This document shows, one piece after another, positions 48,220 through 57,811 of a DNA stretch of 64,000 nucleotides; position 1 is the stretch's first letter, and every line of letters begins with the position of its first letter. The notes beneath the pieces were generated by a model, which did not search any database, had not been told where the DNA came from, and saw only the letters and a program-made list of their open reading frames with translations. The stretch is from contig OZ241883.1 of NCBI GenBank assembly GCA_965203445.1, forward strand, positions 704,001-768,000. The letters are read 5' to 3'. Source of the DNA: Candidatus Oxydemutator sp. (GTDB lineage: Bacteria; Pseudomonadota; Gammaproteobacteria; Poriferisulfidales; Oxydemutatoraceae). Made by a program: the position numbers and the translations under genes.

Positions 48220-51045
48220 TTGTCCGCCGTCGTCTCCCGCCGCCGCGACCCGGGCGCGGTCTGCGCCGAAGCCGTCGTCGCCGATTTCCAGGACGATCTG
48301 CCCGACCTCGGACGCGCGGTGATCCTCGTGCCCGAGGCGTTGCAGCGCCTCAGGCCGCAATTCGTCGAGCTGCGCGCGCGGCTGCTCGAGTGCGCGCGCG
48401 CGCGCGGCCACGACGCGCTGATCGCGCCGCTGATTTCGACGCCGTGGCAGTTGTTCCTGCAACGAAGCGCGCCGCCGGCGCGCGCAGCGAGCGGACACGA
48501 GCGCGAGTTGCTGCTGGCGGACGAACTCGAAAACAACCCCGGCTCGTTCCCGCGCGGCGGGCTGTGGCAGACGACGGACGAATTGCTGCGCTTCTTCGAC
48601 GAAGTCAGCGAACTCGACGACGCGCGCGACGACGACGTTCCGCTCGAGCAGGGCCTGCGACGTCTCGCCGGACACTGGAGCACCGAGACCGAAATACTGT
48701 TGGGGGTGTGGCGGGCGTGGAACGAGACGGCGCCCGCGCTCGGCGAGCAGCGCGCGCGCTACCGGCGCGAACTGATGAGCGGCGGCCTGCTGGCCGAAGA
48801 CGAGCACGCCTACCTGTGCGGCTTCGATCAACTGACGCCGTGCCAGGCCGCGTGGGCGCGCAAACTCGAAGGCGCAGGCCGCCTGACGCGATTGCCGCGC
48901 GCGCGCACGACGCCAAAGGCCGCGTCGCCCGCCGCGGGCGCGATCGCGGACGACGACGCCCGCGCATACGTGCTCGACCGGATATTCGAGCGCGACGGCG
49001 CGCCGCTTTGCGAACGCGCGCGCGCCACCGCGGCGCGCTTCCGCGCAAGCCCGCTCGCGCCGCGCCTGCGCGTCTTCAGGCCGCGGACGCTCGAGGAGCA
49101 CGCCTGGGGCATCTGCCTGACGATACGGGAATGGCTGCGGGAGAACAAAAGCGTCGGCATCGTCAGCCTCGACCGGCGCTTGACGCGGCGCCTGCGCGCG
49201 GTGCTCGAGCGCCGCGGCCTGGCGCTCTACGACTATTCGGGATGGGAGTTGTCCACCACCAGCAGCGCCGGCGCGTTGCGCAACCTGTTGGCGCTTGCCG
49301 ACGGCGAACGCGCCCTGGAGGCGCACGTCGCGTTGATGCGTTCGCCGTGGTGCGAGCATCCGGGCGCGCGCGCGCACCTCGCCGCGGCCCTGCACCACGT
49401 CGAGCAATGCGACGCGCGCGCGGACTACCCGCCGCGCACCACCCGCGAGTGGATCGCGCGGCTGCGCAAAGGCGGCGGCGACGGCGCGTTCGCGGCCGCC
49501 GTGGCCGGGCGCGTCGCCGACGCCGCCGCGCCCCTGCGCGGCTTCGCCGAAAGCGACCGGCGGCGTCTTTTCAGCGATTACTTCGATCACCTGCTGGCGG
49601 CCATGGAAGCGCTCGGCATGAAGCGCCGCTTCGAGACCGACGCCGCCGGCGACAGACTGCTCGTCGAATTGCGCGACATGCGCGAGGCCGCGGGCGCGCG
49701 ACAAAAGCGCGGCACCTTCCGCGCGTGGCGCGGCTGGCTGGCGCACGGCCTGGAAAACGCGAACTTCTACCCACCGCCGCGGGCGCGCGAGGGCGTGCTG
49801 CTGATGAACCTGCGCCAAAGCCGGCTGGCGCGGTTCGACGCTCTGGCGGTCGCCGGGCTGGACCGGCGTCACCTGCCGGCGGCGGCGCAAACCGGGCTGG
49901 TCAACGAAAAAATCCGCCGCGAACTGAACCTGGAGACGCGCGAGCAGCGCGATGCGCTTCAGTTCGGCCTGTTCCGGCGCCTGCTGGAACGGGGCGCCGA
50001 TACGATACTGCTGAGCTGCGAGCGGGCGGCCAACGGGCGCGCCCTCGAACCTGCGCCGTGGTTGCGCGCCATCGGGGAATTCCACCGTCTCGCGTACAAC
50101 GACGATCTAGAAGACGTGCAACTGGCGCGCCGCGCCGGGCAAGCGCCGCAGCTGGAACCGCGCCGGCGCCAAGCGGGCGCGCCGGCGCAAGTGCAAAAAC
50201 GCCCGGCGCCGGCGGCGCCGCGCGACCTGTGGCCCGAACCCTTGAGCGCGGCCGCGCACCAGACGTTGGTGGATTGCCCGTACCGCTTCTTTGCGCGCTA
50301 CGCGCTGCGTCTCAGGAAACCGCGCGACGCCGTCGCCCACTGGAGCGCCGCCGACTACGGCAGCCACCTGCACCGGTGCCTGCAAGCGCTGCACCAGGAC
50401 GTGGCCGGCCTGCCCGGGCCGATGAACAAGCCGTGGACCGAAGAACATCGCGCGTTCGCGCTGCACTTGGCGGGCGAGGTCGTCGGCGCCGAATTTTCGC
50501 GCGCCGTCGAGGCCAACCGCGCCAACCGCTACTGGCGCGACGAGGCGCTGGCCGCGACCACCTGGTACGTCGGCTGGATGATCGAGTACTTCGGGCGCGC
50601 GCCGGCGCCGTCGTTCAAAGCCGAACACGGACTGGAGGCGGTGCTGGACGACGGCGCCACCCGTGTCGTTTTAGGCGGGCGCCTCGATCTGGTCGCCGAA
50701 GACGAAGCGAGCACGCGGATCCTTGACTACAAGAGCGGGCGGCTGCCGACGAAAAAGGCCGTCGAGCAGGGAGAGGAGGTCCAGCTGCCGAGCTACGCGC
50801 TGCTCGCGCAACACGTGCGCGCCGTATCGTATCTCGGACTCAGGCGCGGCGACCGCAGACCGCTGCACTTCGACCAGGAGCAGCTCGAACCGGTGCGCGA
50901 GCGGATGCGCGCACGCCTGCTCGAGATGCGCGCGTGCTACGACGACGGCCAGCCGCTGCCGGCGTGGGGCGCGGAAACCGCGTGCAGGCACTGCGACTAC
51001 TATGGGCTGTGCCGCCGCCCGGCGTGGCTGGCCTACTCGCGATGA
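48220..51045 (+). CDS. AddB-like helicase/nuclease subunit with C-terminal PD-(D/E)XK nuclease and Fe-S staple
   Basis: DRRLTRRL..LER, D.SGW.LSTT, CPYRFFA..L.L, GRLDL, ILDYKSG, QL..Y, CRHCDYYGLCR. Confidence 0.8.
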   Translation: MSAVVSRRRDPGAVCAEAVVADFQDDLPDLGRAVILVPEALQRLRPQFVELRARLLECARARGHDALIAPLISTPWQLFLQRSAPPARAASGHERELLLADELENNPGSFPRGGLWQTTDELLRFFDEVSELDDARDDDVPLEQGLRRLAGHWSTETEILLGVWRAWNETAPALGEQRARYRRELMSGGLLAEDEHAYLCGFDQLTPCQAAWARKLEGAGRLTRLPRARTTPKAASPAAGAIADDDARAYVLDRIFERDGAPLCERARATAARFRASPLAPRLRVFRPRTLEEHAWGICLTIREWLRENKSVGIVSLDRRLTRRLRAVLERRGLALYDYSGWELSTTSSAGALRNLLALADGERALEAHVALMRSPWCEHPGARAHLAAALHHVEQCDARADYPPRTTREWIARLRKGGGDGAFAAAVAGRVADAAAPLRGFAESDRRRLFSDYFDHLLAAMEALGMKRRFETDAAGDRLLVELRDMREAAGARQKRGTFRAWRGWLAHGLENANFYPPPRAREGVLLMNLRQSRLARFDALAVAGLDRRHLPAAAQTGLVNEKIRRELNLETREQRDALQFGLFRRLLERGADTILLSCERAANGRALEPAPWLRAIGEFHRLAYNDDLEDVQLARRAGQAPQLEPRRRQAGAPAQVQKRPAPAAPRDLWPEPLSAAAHQTLVDCPYRFFARYALRLRKPRDAVAHWSAADYGSHLHRCLQALHQDVAGLPGPMNKPWTEEHRAFALHLAGEVVGAEFSRAVEANRANRYWRDEALAATTWYVGWMIEYFGRAPAPSFKAEHGLEAVLDDGATRVVLGGRLDLVAEDEASTRILDYKSGRLPTKKAVEQGEEVQLPSYALLAQHVRAVSYLGLRRGDRRPLHFDQEQLEPVRERMRARLLEMRACYDDGQPLPAWGAETACRHCDYYGLCRRPAWLAYSR

Positions 51046-51797
51046 ACGCGCGCGCGCTGCACGGCGCCGCGCTCGGCGTCGCGCTGGCCGCGACCCCGGC
51101 GACGGCGGGCACCGCGGCGCTCACCGACGGCTTCGAGGCCGAGTACGCGCTCGGCATACCGGACAAAATCATAGGCGTCGTCTCGGTGGCGGTGTCGCAC
51201 CGGCGCGGCGATCTGCTCTACCGCAGCGAGACGCGCCCGCGAGGAGCGCTCGGCATGCTGATGACGATGAACGCGACGCTGATAACGCGCTCGCGCGTGC
51301 GCCGCGTCGGCGACCGCCTGCTGCCCCTCGAATACGAGTACAGCGTCGAAGGCCGTCCCGAAAAAAAACGCCGTTTGTCGTTCGACTGGCGCGAGCGCCG
51401 CGTCGCGGGCGAAAACCAGGGCGAGCATTATGAATTGGCGCTGGAGGACGGCGCGTTGGACGAAAACACGTGGCAACTGCAACTGATCGCGGACGCCGCG
51501 GCCGCGGCCGCCAACGGCGAACCGCTCGACCGCAGCTACCGCATAGTGGCCAAAGGCAAGAGCAAGACGCGGCGTTTCGTCGAGATCGGAAACGAGGAGA
51601 TCGAGACCGAATTCGGGCGCGTCGCCTGCCTGCGCGTCGACAGAATCCGACGCGGCAAGACCGACCGCGTGCTGTGGCTCAGCCCGCGCCACCATTATCT
51701 GCCGCTGGTGATCGAGAAAATCGACGACGGCAGAGTACGGCAGCGGCTGTCCATGCGCACGCTGCGCCTGCGCGGCGGCGCTCAAAAACCCGAATAG
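51042..51797 (+). CDS. DUF3108-family exported protein
   Basis: Signal peptide; F.AEY, LLPLEYEY, FDW, G.EEIETEFG, LWLSP..HYLPL.I. Confidence 0.8.
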   Translation: MNARALHGAALGVALAATPATAGTAALTDGFEAEYALGIPDKIIGVVSVAVSHRRGDLLYRSETRPRGALGMLMTMNATLITRSRVRRVGDRLLPLEYEYSVEGRPEKKRRLSFDWRERRVAGENQGEHYELALEDGALDENTWQLQLIADAAAAAANGEPLDRSYRIVAKGKSKTRRFVEIGNEEIETEFGRVACLRVDRIRRGKTDRVLWLSPRHHYLPLVIEKIDDGRVRQRLSMRTLRLRGGAQKPE

Positions 51798-53560
51798 GCC
51801 TGCTCGAGCGGCGCCTGGAAGCGCGCGCTGATGCGGTGGCGTTTCAGCTTCAGGGTCGGGGTCAGCAGGCCGTTCTCCACGTTCCACGGATCGCGCAGCA
51901 GAATCACGCGGCGTACGCGCGCGTACGCCGCCGCGCCCGACAGGCACGCGCGCGCGCGCCGCAACGCCTCGGCCTCCAACGCCGCGTCCTCGACGACCGC
52001 GTCCGTGCCCCGGGCGCGCGCGAGCACCTCGTCGGCCAACACCAGCAACGCGACCAGAAACGGGCGGCCCTCGCCGTGCACCATCGCCTGCGCGAACCAC
52101 GCGTCGGACAGCAACGCATGCTCCAGGTCCGCCGGCGGCACCTTCTCGCCGTTCGCCATGACGATGATCTCCTTGATGCGGCCGATGATGTAGAGGCGCC
52201 CGTGCTCGTCGAGACGCGCCTGATCGCCGGTGTGCAGCCAACCGGCGGCGTCCAGCGCCCGCGCCGTGGCCTCGGCGTTGCGCCAGTACTCGCGCAGCAG
52301 GTACGGGCTGCGCGTCAACAATTCACGGTTGTCGCCGATGCGCACTTCGACGCCCGCCAGCGGCAGGCCGATGCTGGCGGGGGGGCCTCCGGCCTCGTTG
52401 ACCGACAACACCGGGGCCGTCTCGGTCAGGCCGTAACCCTGATACACCGGCACGCCGAGCGCGGTCAGCGTGCGGTTGATCGCGGGCGCCAGCGCGGCGC
52501 CGCCGGAAAGCGCGTAACGCAGGCGCCCGCCGAGACCGCGCCGAAACTTGCGCGCGATAAGCGCGTCGAACAGCGGCCACAGCAGGCGGCACGCGAGGGC
52601 CGCCGGCGAACGACCGCGGCGCCGCCAGCCGACCGCGACCGCGGCGTCGAACAGCCGCCGCGCCGCCGCCGGACGCTTGGCAAGCTCGGATTGCAGGCGC
52701 GCGTACACCTGCTCGTAAATGCGCGGCACCGAGACGAATACGGTCGGCCTCAGTTCCAGCAGGTCGTCTTTGAGCTGCTGCACCGAGCGCGCGAACGCGA
52801 CCTCGGCGCCGATCATCATGCTCAGGTAATAGCCGACGGTGCGCTCGAACATGTGCGACAACGGCAGAAACGACAGAAACAGGTTGTCCGAGCGAATGTA
52901 ATGGACGAAGTCGCTGGTGGCGGCGGCGTTGGCGAGGATCGCGCCGTGCGTCAGCACGACGCCCTTGGGCGGCCCGGTCGTGCCCGAGGTATAGACGATG
53001 GTCGCGACGTCGCGCGGCGCCGGCGCGTCGGTCGCGGCCGCGGGCTGCTCCTCGCGCGCGTCCGCGCCCCGCGCGTCGAAGACGATCACGTTGTCCGGCA
53101 CCGTCGCCGGCGTCTCGCCCAGCAAAATAACCCGCCGCAACGATTCCGTGACCCGCGGCCTCGAGCGTAGCCCGTCGAAACGCACCGCGTCTATGACCAG
53201 CACCCGCGCGCCCGAATCATCGAGGATGTAGCCGGCGTTTTCGGCGCTGTCGTGGCTGTAGATCGGCACGCTGATCAGACCCAGCCCCAATATCGCCTGG
53301 TCAAAGGCGACCCAGTCCACGCCGTTCGGCAGCATGACCGCGACGCGGTCACCGGCTTTCAGCCCCTCGGCAAGCAACGCCCGGCGACAGCGCGCCACCG
53401 CCGCCGCCACGTCGCGCCACGTGTACGCCCGCCAGCGCGATTCGCGTGCATCGTACTGACGATACGCGACCGCGTCGCCCGACGAGCGGACGCGCTCGGT
53501 GAACAGACCGCACAGGCTGCCGGCCCGCGCCGAGGAAATTTTCGGTTCCAGGTGCCGCAT
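51782..53560 (-). CDS. Long-chain fatty acid-CoA ligase (AMP-binding)
   Basis: IVYTSGTTGPPKGV, LSFLPLSHMFER, QGYGLTET, WLHTGD, GRIKEII, LTPTLKLKR. Confidence 0.92.
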   Translation of the reverse strand: MRHLEPKISSARAGSLCGLFTERVRSSGDAVAYRQYDARESRWRAYTWRDVAAAVARCRRALLAEGLKAGDRVAVMLPNGVDWVAFDQAILGLGLISVPIYSHDSAENAGYILDDSGARVLVIDAVRFDGLRSRPRVTESLRRVILLGETPATVPDNVIVFDARGADAREEQPAAATDAPAPRDVATIVYTSGTTGPPKGVVLTHGAILANAAATSDFVHYIRSDNLFLSFLPLSHMFERTVGYYLSMMIGAEVAFARSVQQLKDDLLELRPTVFVSVPRIYEQVYARLQSELAKRPAAARRLFDAAVAVGWRRRGRSPAALACRLLWPLFDALIARKFRRGLGGRLRYALSGGAALAPAINRTLTALGVPVYQGYGLTETAPVLSVNEAGGPPASIGLPLAGVEVRIGDNRELLTRSPYLLREYWRNAEATARALDAAGWLHTGDQARLDEHGRLYIIGRIKEIIVMANGEKVPPADLEHALLSDAWFAQAMVHGEGRPFLVALLVLADEVLARARGTDAVVEDAALEAEALRRARACLSGAAAYARVRRVILLRDPWNVENGLLTPTLKLKRHRISARFQAPLEQAYSGF

Positions 53561-53575
53561 TCGCGGGATTATAAA

Positions 53576-53755
53576 GGGAATTACATGGATAACTTGACAA
53601 ATGAAAGCCCACCGAACAATTCGATACAGAGTTCACGCGGGGACTCAAACCAAGACCCGCAAGTTGGCGGGCACCGCCGGTGTGTGTCGTTACGTAAGGC
53701 ACTATCGAGAAATGGATAGAGAACGTGACTTTGTCAAGTTGTCCATATAATTCCC
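53576..53755. mobile_element. 180-bp MITE with 26-bp terminal inverted repeats (IS1595/ISNwi1-like ends)
   Basis: gggaattacatggataacttgacaaa (53576-53601) vs tttgtcaagttgtccatataattccc (53730-53755), 24/26 match as inverted repeats; no transposase; no obvious TSD. Confidence 0.8.
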
Positions 53756-53781
53756 CGACCGAAGTACAATCGCACGTGGCG

Positions 53782-54738
53782 ATGGATACACGGCAAACAA
53801 TGCTGCGCGCCTGGCTGCAACGAACGCTGGGCGCGGATTTCTCGATGGAGGCGCTGCAAAACGACGCCAGTTTCCGGCGCTATTTCCGGATCACGCTGGC
53901 CGGCGGCAGTCTGGTCGCGGTGGACGTGCCGCCCGCCAGGGAAGGCATCGGCAATTTCCTGGAGGTGACGCAAAGGTTGGAGCGCGCCGGCGTGCGCGCG
54001 CCGCGCGTGCACGCGCACGATGACGTCAACGGATGGATGCTGCTGGACGACCTCGGGCGGCGCACGCTCGCGCAGGCGCTGACGCCGGACAACGCCGACG
54101 CACTCTACCGCTTGGCGCTCGACGAACTGGCCAGAATACAGCGCGCCGATAAGCACGGCCTGCCGGACTACAGCCGCGCGCTGCTGGTGCAGGAGATGTG
54201 CCTGTTCACCGACTGGTATTGCGACACCCATCTGCGTTGCGCCATGACCGAGAGCCGCCACGACGAGTTCGCGCGCGCCTTCGAGCTGCTGGCGGATTCG
54301 GCGCGCGCGCAACCGCGGGTGTTCGTGCACCGCGACTACCATTCGCGCAACCTGACGGTGCCGCAGGACGGCGCCGTCGGCGTGCTCGACTATCAGGACG
54401 CGGTAGCCGGCCCGGTTACCTACGATCTGGTGTCGCTGCTGAAGGACTGCTACGTCGCGTGGCCCGAGGCGCGGCGGCGGCGTTGGCTGCGCTACTACCT
54501 GCAACACAACCCACTCGACGCCGCGTTCGACGTCGTCGAGCGCTGGTTCGACTGGATGGGCATACAACGCCACCTGAAAGCCATCGGCATTTTCGCGCGC
54601 CTGCACCACCGCGACGGCAGGAGCGGCTACCTGAAAGAGGTGCCGCGCATACTCGGCTACGTCGCCGAATGTATCGGGCGCTACCCGGAACTCGACGGCC
54701 TGCGCCGCGCTCTCGCCGAACTGCCGCGGCCGCGATGA
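53782..54738 (+). CDS. amgK: Anomeric MurNAc/GlcNAc kinase AmgK
   Basis: DASFRRYFR, LLDDLG, VHRDYHSRNL, LDYQDA, YDLVSLLKDCY, QRHLKAIGIFARL; precedes murU. Confidence 0.9.
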   Translation: MDTRQTMLRAWLQRTLGADFSMEALQNDASFRRYFRITLAGGSLVAVDVPPAREGIGNFLEVTQRLERAGVRAPRVHAHDDVNGWMLLDDLGRRTLAQALTPDNADALYRLALDELARIQRADKHGLPDYSRALLVQEMCLFTDWYCDTHLRCAMTESRHDEFARAFELLADSARAQPRVFVHRDYHSRNLTVPQDGAVGVLDYQDAVAGPVTYDLVSLLKDCYVAWPEARRRRWLRYYLQHNPLDAAFDVVERWFDWMGIQRHLKAIGIFARLHHRDGRSGYLKEVPRILGYVAECIGRYPELDGLRRALAELPRPR

Positions 54739-55424
54739 AGGCGATGATACTCGCCGCCGGCCGTGGCAGGCGCATGAGACCGCTGACCGACCGCGTGCCG
54801 AAGGCGCTGCTCGAAGTCGCCGGCAAACCGTTGATCGAGCACCATCTGGAGCGGCTGCGGGCGGCGGGCATCGCCCAGGTGGTGGTCAACGTCGCGCACC
54901 TGGGCGGCGCGATCCGGGAACGCCTGGGCGACGGCGCGCGCCACGGCCTGCGCATCCGTTACTCCGAGGAAGGCGGCGACGCGCTCGAGACCGGCGGCGG
55001 CATCGTCAAGGCACTGCCGCTGTTGACGGACGACGACGGCGTTTTCTTCGTCGTCAACGCCGACGTCTTTACCGACTACGCTCCCAGCCGCCCGCGGCTC
55101 GGCGAGCTGCACGCGCGCCTGGTGCTGGTGGACAACCCGCCGCATCATCCGGGCGGCGACTTCCGGCTCGACGGCGCGCGTCTGTCACCCGACGGCGGCA
55201 CGCCGCTGACCTTCGGCGGCATGGGCTACTACCGCGCCGAACTGTTCGCGGGCGCCGCCGCCGAACCGCGCCCGCTGGCGGCGTTTCTGCGCGAAGGCAT
55301 TGCGCAGGGATGCATCGGCGGCGAACACTACCGCGGCGCGTGGGCCGACGTCGGCACGCCCGAACGGCTCGCGGCGATTCGCCGACGCCTCGAACAAGGT
55401 CCTCAAACGAGGCCGCGCGCGTGA
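54735..55424 (+). CDS. murU: MurNAc-alpha-1-phosphate uridylyltransferase MurU
   Basis: MKAMILAAGRGRRMRPLTDRVPKAL, LETGGGI, LVDNPPHHPGGDF, W.DVGTPERL. Confidence 0.92.
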   Translation: MKAMILAAGRGRRMRPLTDRVPKALLEVAGKPLIEHHLERLRAAGIAQVVVNVAHLGGAIRERLGDGARHGLRIRYSEEGGDALETGGGIVKALPLLTDDDGVFFVVNADVFTDYAPSRPRLGELHARLVLVDNPPHHPGGDFRLDGARLSPDGGTPLTFGGMGYYRAELFAGAAAEPRPLAAFLREGIAQGCIGGEHYRGAWADVGTPERLAAIRRRLEQGPQTRPRA

Positions 55425-56287
55425 TCGAACTGCGCCCCGGCCACTGCCCCGAACCGCTGCGCCGCGCCGTGATCGAGAACGCGCGCGCCGCGCTGGCCGA
55501 GGATCTGGGCGGCGGCGACGTCACCACCGCGCTGATCGGCGGCGGCGACGGCGACGCGGTCATCGTCAGCCGCGACGACGCCGTTCTCGCGGGGCGTTTC
55601 TGGGTGGACGAGGTTTTCCGCCAGGTTGATCCGGCGGTCGCGATCGCCTGGCGCAAGAACGACGGCGATACGATTGCGCCGGGCGACGAAGTGTGCGCGC
55701 TCGGCGGGCCGCTCGCCGCCGTTCTCGGCGGCGAACGCAGCGCGCTGAACCTGTTGCAGACGCTGTCCGGCACCGCCACCGCGACCGCCGCGTACGTCGC
55801 GCGCGCCGCGCACACCAAAGCCGTGGTCCTCGACACGCGCAAGACGCTGCCGGGCCTGCGCCTGGCGCAAAAATACGCGGTCGTCTGCGGCGGCGGGCGC
55901 AACCATCGTGCCGACCTGGCCGACGGCGTCCTGATAAAGGACAACCACGTCCGCGCCTGCGGCTCTATCACCGAAGCCGTCAGGCGCGCACGCGCCGGCG
56001 GCGGCAGGCCGCTGGAAGTCGAGGTCGAGACGCCGGCGCAGGTTCACGAGGCGCTCGCCGCCGACGCCGAAGTCATCCTGCTCGACAACTTCGACGCGAG
56101 CGAGATTGCGGCCGTCGTACGGAGCGTGGGCGGACGCGCCAAAGTCGAGGTCTCCGGCGGCGTCAGGTTGGCCGACGTCGCCGCCATCGCCGCCTGCGGC
56201 GTGGATTACATCTCGATAGGCGCGCTGACGAAACACTTGCACGCGGTGGATTTCTCGCTGGAAGTGATGCCCCGGAAAGCGCGCTGA
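55421..56287 (+). CDS. nadC: Quinolinate phosphoribosyltransferase
   Basis: ALAEDL..GDVT, ERSALN, DTRKTLPGLR, LIKDNH, EVEVE, LLDNF, ISIGALTK. Confidence 0.96.
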   Translation: MIELRPGHCPEPLRRAVIENARAALAEDLGGGDVTTALIGGGDGDAVIVSRDDAVLAGRFWVDEVFRQVDPAVAIAWRKNDGDTIAPGDEVCALGGPLAAVLGGERSALNLLQTLSGTATATAAYVARAAHTKAVVLDTRKTLPGLRLAQKYAVVCGGGRNHRADLADGVLIKDNHVRACGSITEAVRRARAGGGRPLEVEVETPAQVHEALAADAEVILLDNFDASEIAAVVRSVGGRAKVEVSGGVRLADVAAIAACGVDYISIGALTKHLHAVDFSLEVMPRKAR

Positions 56288-56414
56288 TTATAGATAAACC
56301 CCACAACGTGCGTTGCGTCCGCCACCCGCAACCAGTCGGGACGCCGCGCCTGAAACCGGCGCTGCGCCAAGTCCGAAGGGTGCTACGCCAATGCGCGGGG
56401 TGCCTTATGAAGAC

Positions 56415-56447
56415 TTGACTATAAGATAAATCATACTTATTATCATT
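56415..56447 (+). promoter_or_regulatory. Sigma70 promoter with overlapping Fur box
   Basis: TTGACT (56415-20), 17 nt, TATTAT (56438-43). The reverse complement of 56429-56447 contains TGATAAT-A-AGTATGA, close to the Fur 7-1-7 TGATAATnATTATCA. Confidence 0.75.
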
Positions 56448-56488
56448 TGCATTAACCCCATCAACAGCCTTTATTGCAAGGAGGGCTA

Positions 56489-57811
56489 ATGCAATCCAAA
56501 CCTGTAAAACGTCATAGCCGTGTCCTGTTCACGGCGACCTGCCTGCTGGCGCTGGCGATCGCGGCGCCATCCGTTGCGCTCGCCGCCAGCGACAAGGAGT
56601 TTCGGGAACTGCAACGAACGGTGCAGGAACTGAAACGGCAACTGGACAAGGCCGAGCACAAAATCGAGGAGATGAGCCGCGAGGTCAGCGGCAACGCGCA
56701 GGCGGTGGAGGCCGCGGCCATGGCCATCGAGGAGGCGGATTCAAAACCCTCGGTGTTCGACAACATGTCCATCGGCGGCTACGGCGAGTTGCACTATAAC
56801 AATCTCGACGCCGACGACAGCGCGAACGACAAGGAGGAGATTGATTTCCATCGCTTCGTGCTGCATTTCAACTACGACTGGTCTGACAATCTGCGCGTCA
56901 TCTCGGAACTGGAGGTGGAGCATGCGCTCGTGGGCGCGGACGAAGAGGAAGCACCCGGAGAGGTCGAACTGGAGCAGGCGTATATCGAATATGATTTTGA
57001 TGCACGCAACACCGCGCGTGCCGGCGTCTTCCTGCTGCCCATCGGCCTCTTGAATGAGACGCACGAGCCGCCGACGTTTTACGGCGTCGAGCGCAACGTG
57101 GTGGAGAGCGTGATTATTCCGGTCGGCTGGTGGGCCGGCGGCGTCGGCTTCAGCCACCGTGCGGATAACGGCGTGAGTCTCGATCTGGCGCTGCACGAAG
57201 GTTTGAAAGTGACTCCCGGTGCGGAGGCCTCGATCCGCGGCGGGCGGCAGAAGACCGCAGAAGCGGCCGCCGACGATCTGGCCTTTACCGGGCGCCTCAA
57301 ATACACCGGGATGCCGGGCCTCGAATTGGGTGCCTCGATACAGTACCAAAGCGACCTGGCGCAGGACGAACCGCCGGAGTTTGAAGTCGACGACGACGGC
57401 AACGTGATCCGCGATGCCGACGGCAACGCGAACGAGCTCAACGACGTTGAAGACGCCTGGTTATACGAAGCACACGTCGCGTTCAACCGCGGGCCCTTCG
57501 GGTTGCGCGCGCTCTACGCGCAGTGGGACCTCGACGCCGACGGTGCAGTCGAGGAGTATGACGATCAGAAAGGATGGTTTGTCGAGCCTTCCTTCCGGCT
57601 GAGCGAGTCCCTCGGCGTGTTCGCCCGCTATGCGGACGTCGAAGGCGGGCGCTCGCGCGACGAGTTCGATCAATGGACGCTCGGCTTCAGCTACTGGCTG
57701 AACGAGGACGCGGTGCTGAAGGCCGACTGGCAGGACCGCGACCACGACAACGACGGCGACGAGGGGCGCGACTTCGATGGCTTCAATCTCGGCGTCGGCT
57801 ACCAGTTTTGA
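56489..57811 (+). CDS. OprO/P-like outer membrane porin with N-terminal coiled coil
   Basis: AAGGAGG RBS, signal peptide, coiled coil, IGGYGELHYN, DFHRFVL, ELEVEH, ELEQAYI, NETHEPPTFYGVERN, terminal GVGYQF. Confidence 0.88.
   Translation: MQSKPVKRHSRVLFTATCLLALAIAAPSVALAASDKEFRELQRTVQELKRQLDKAEHKIEEMSREVSGNAQAVEAAAMAIEEADSKPSVFDNMSIGGYGELHYNNLDADDSANDKEEIDFHRFVLHFNYDWSDNLRVISELEVEHALVGADEEEAPGEVELEQAYIEYDFDARNTARAGVFLLPIGLLNETHEPPTFYGVERNVVESVIIPVGWWAGGVGFSHRADNGVSLDLALHEGLKVTPGAEASIRGGRQKTAEAAADDLAFTGRLKYTGMPGLELGASIQYQSDLAQDEPPEFEVDDDGNVIRDADGNANELNDVEDAWLYEAHVAFNRGPFGLRALYAQWDLDADGAVEEYDDQKGWFVEPSFRLSESLGVFARYADVEGGRSRDEFDQWTLGFSYWLNEDAVLKADWQDRDHDNDGDEGRDFDGFNLGVGYQF

Noticed and set aside
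56290-56410. Possible degenerate MITE or riboswitch between nadC and the porin promoter
   Set aside because: Only weak cccc/gggg end complementarity; no recognizable aptamer motif.
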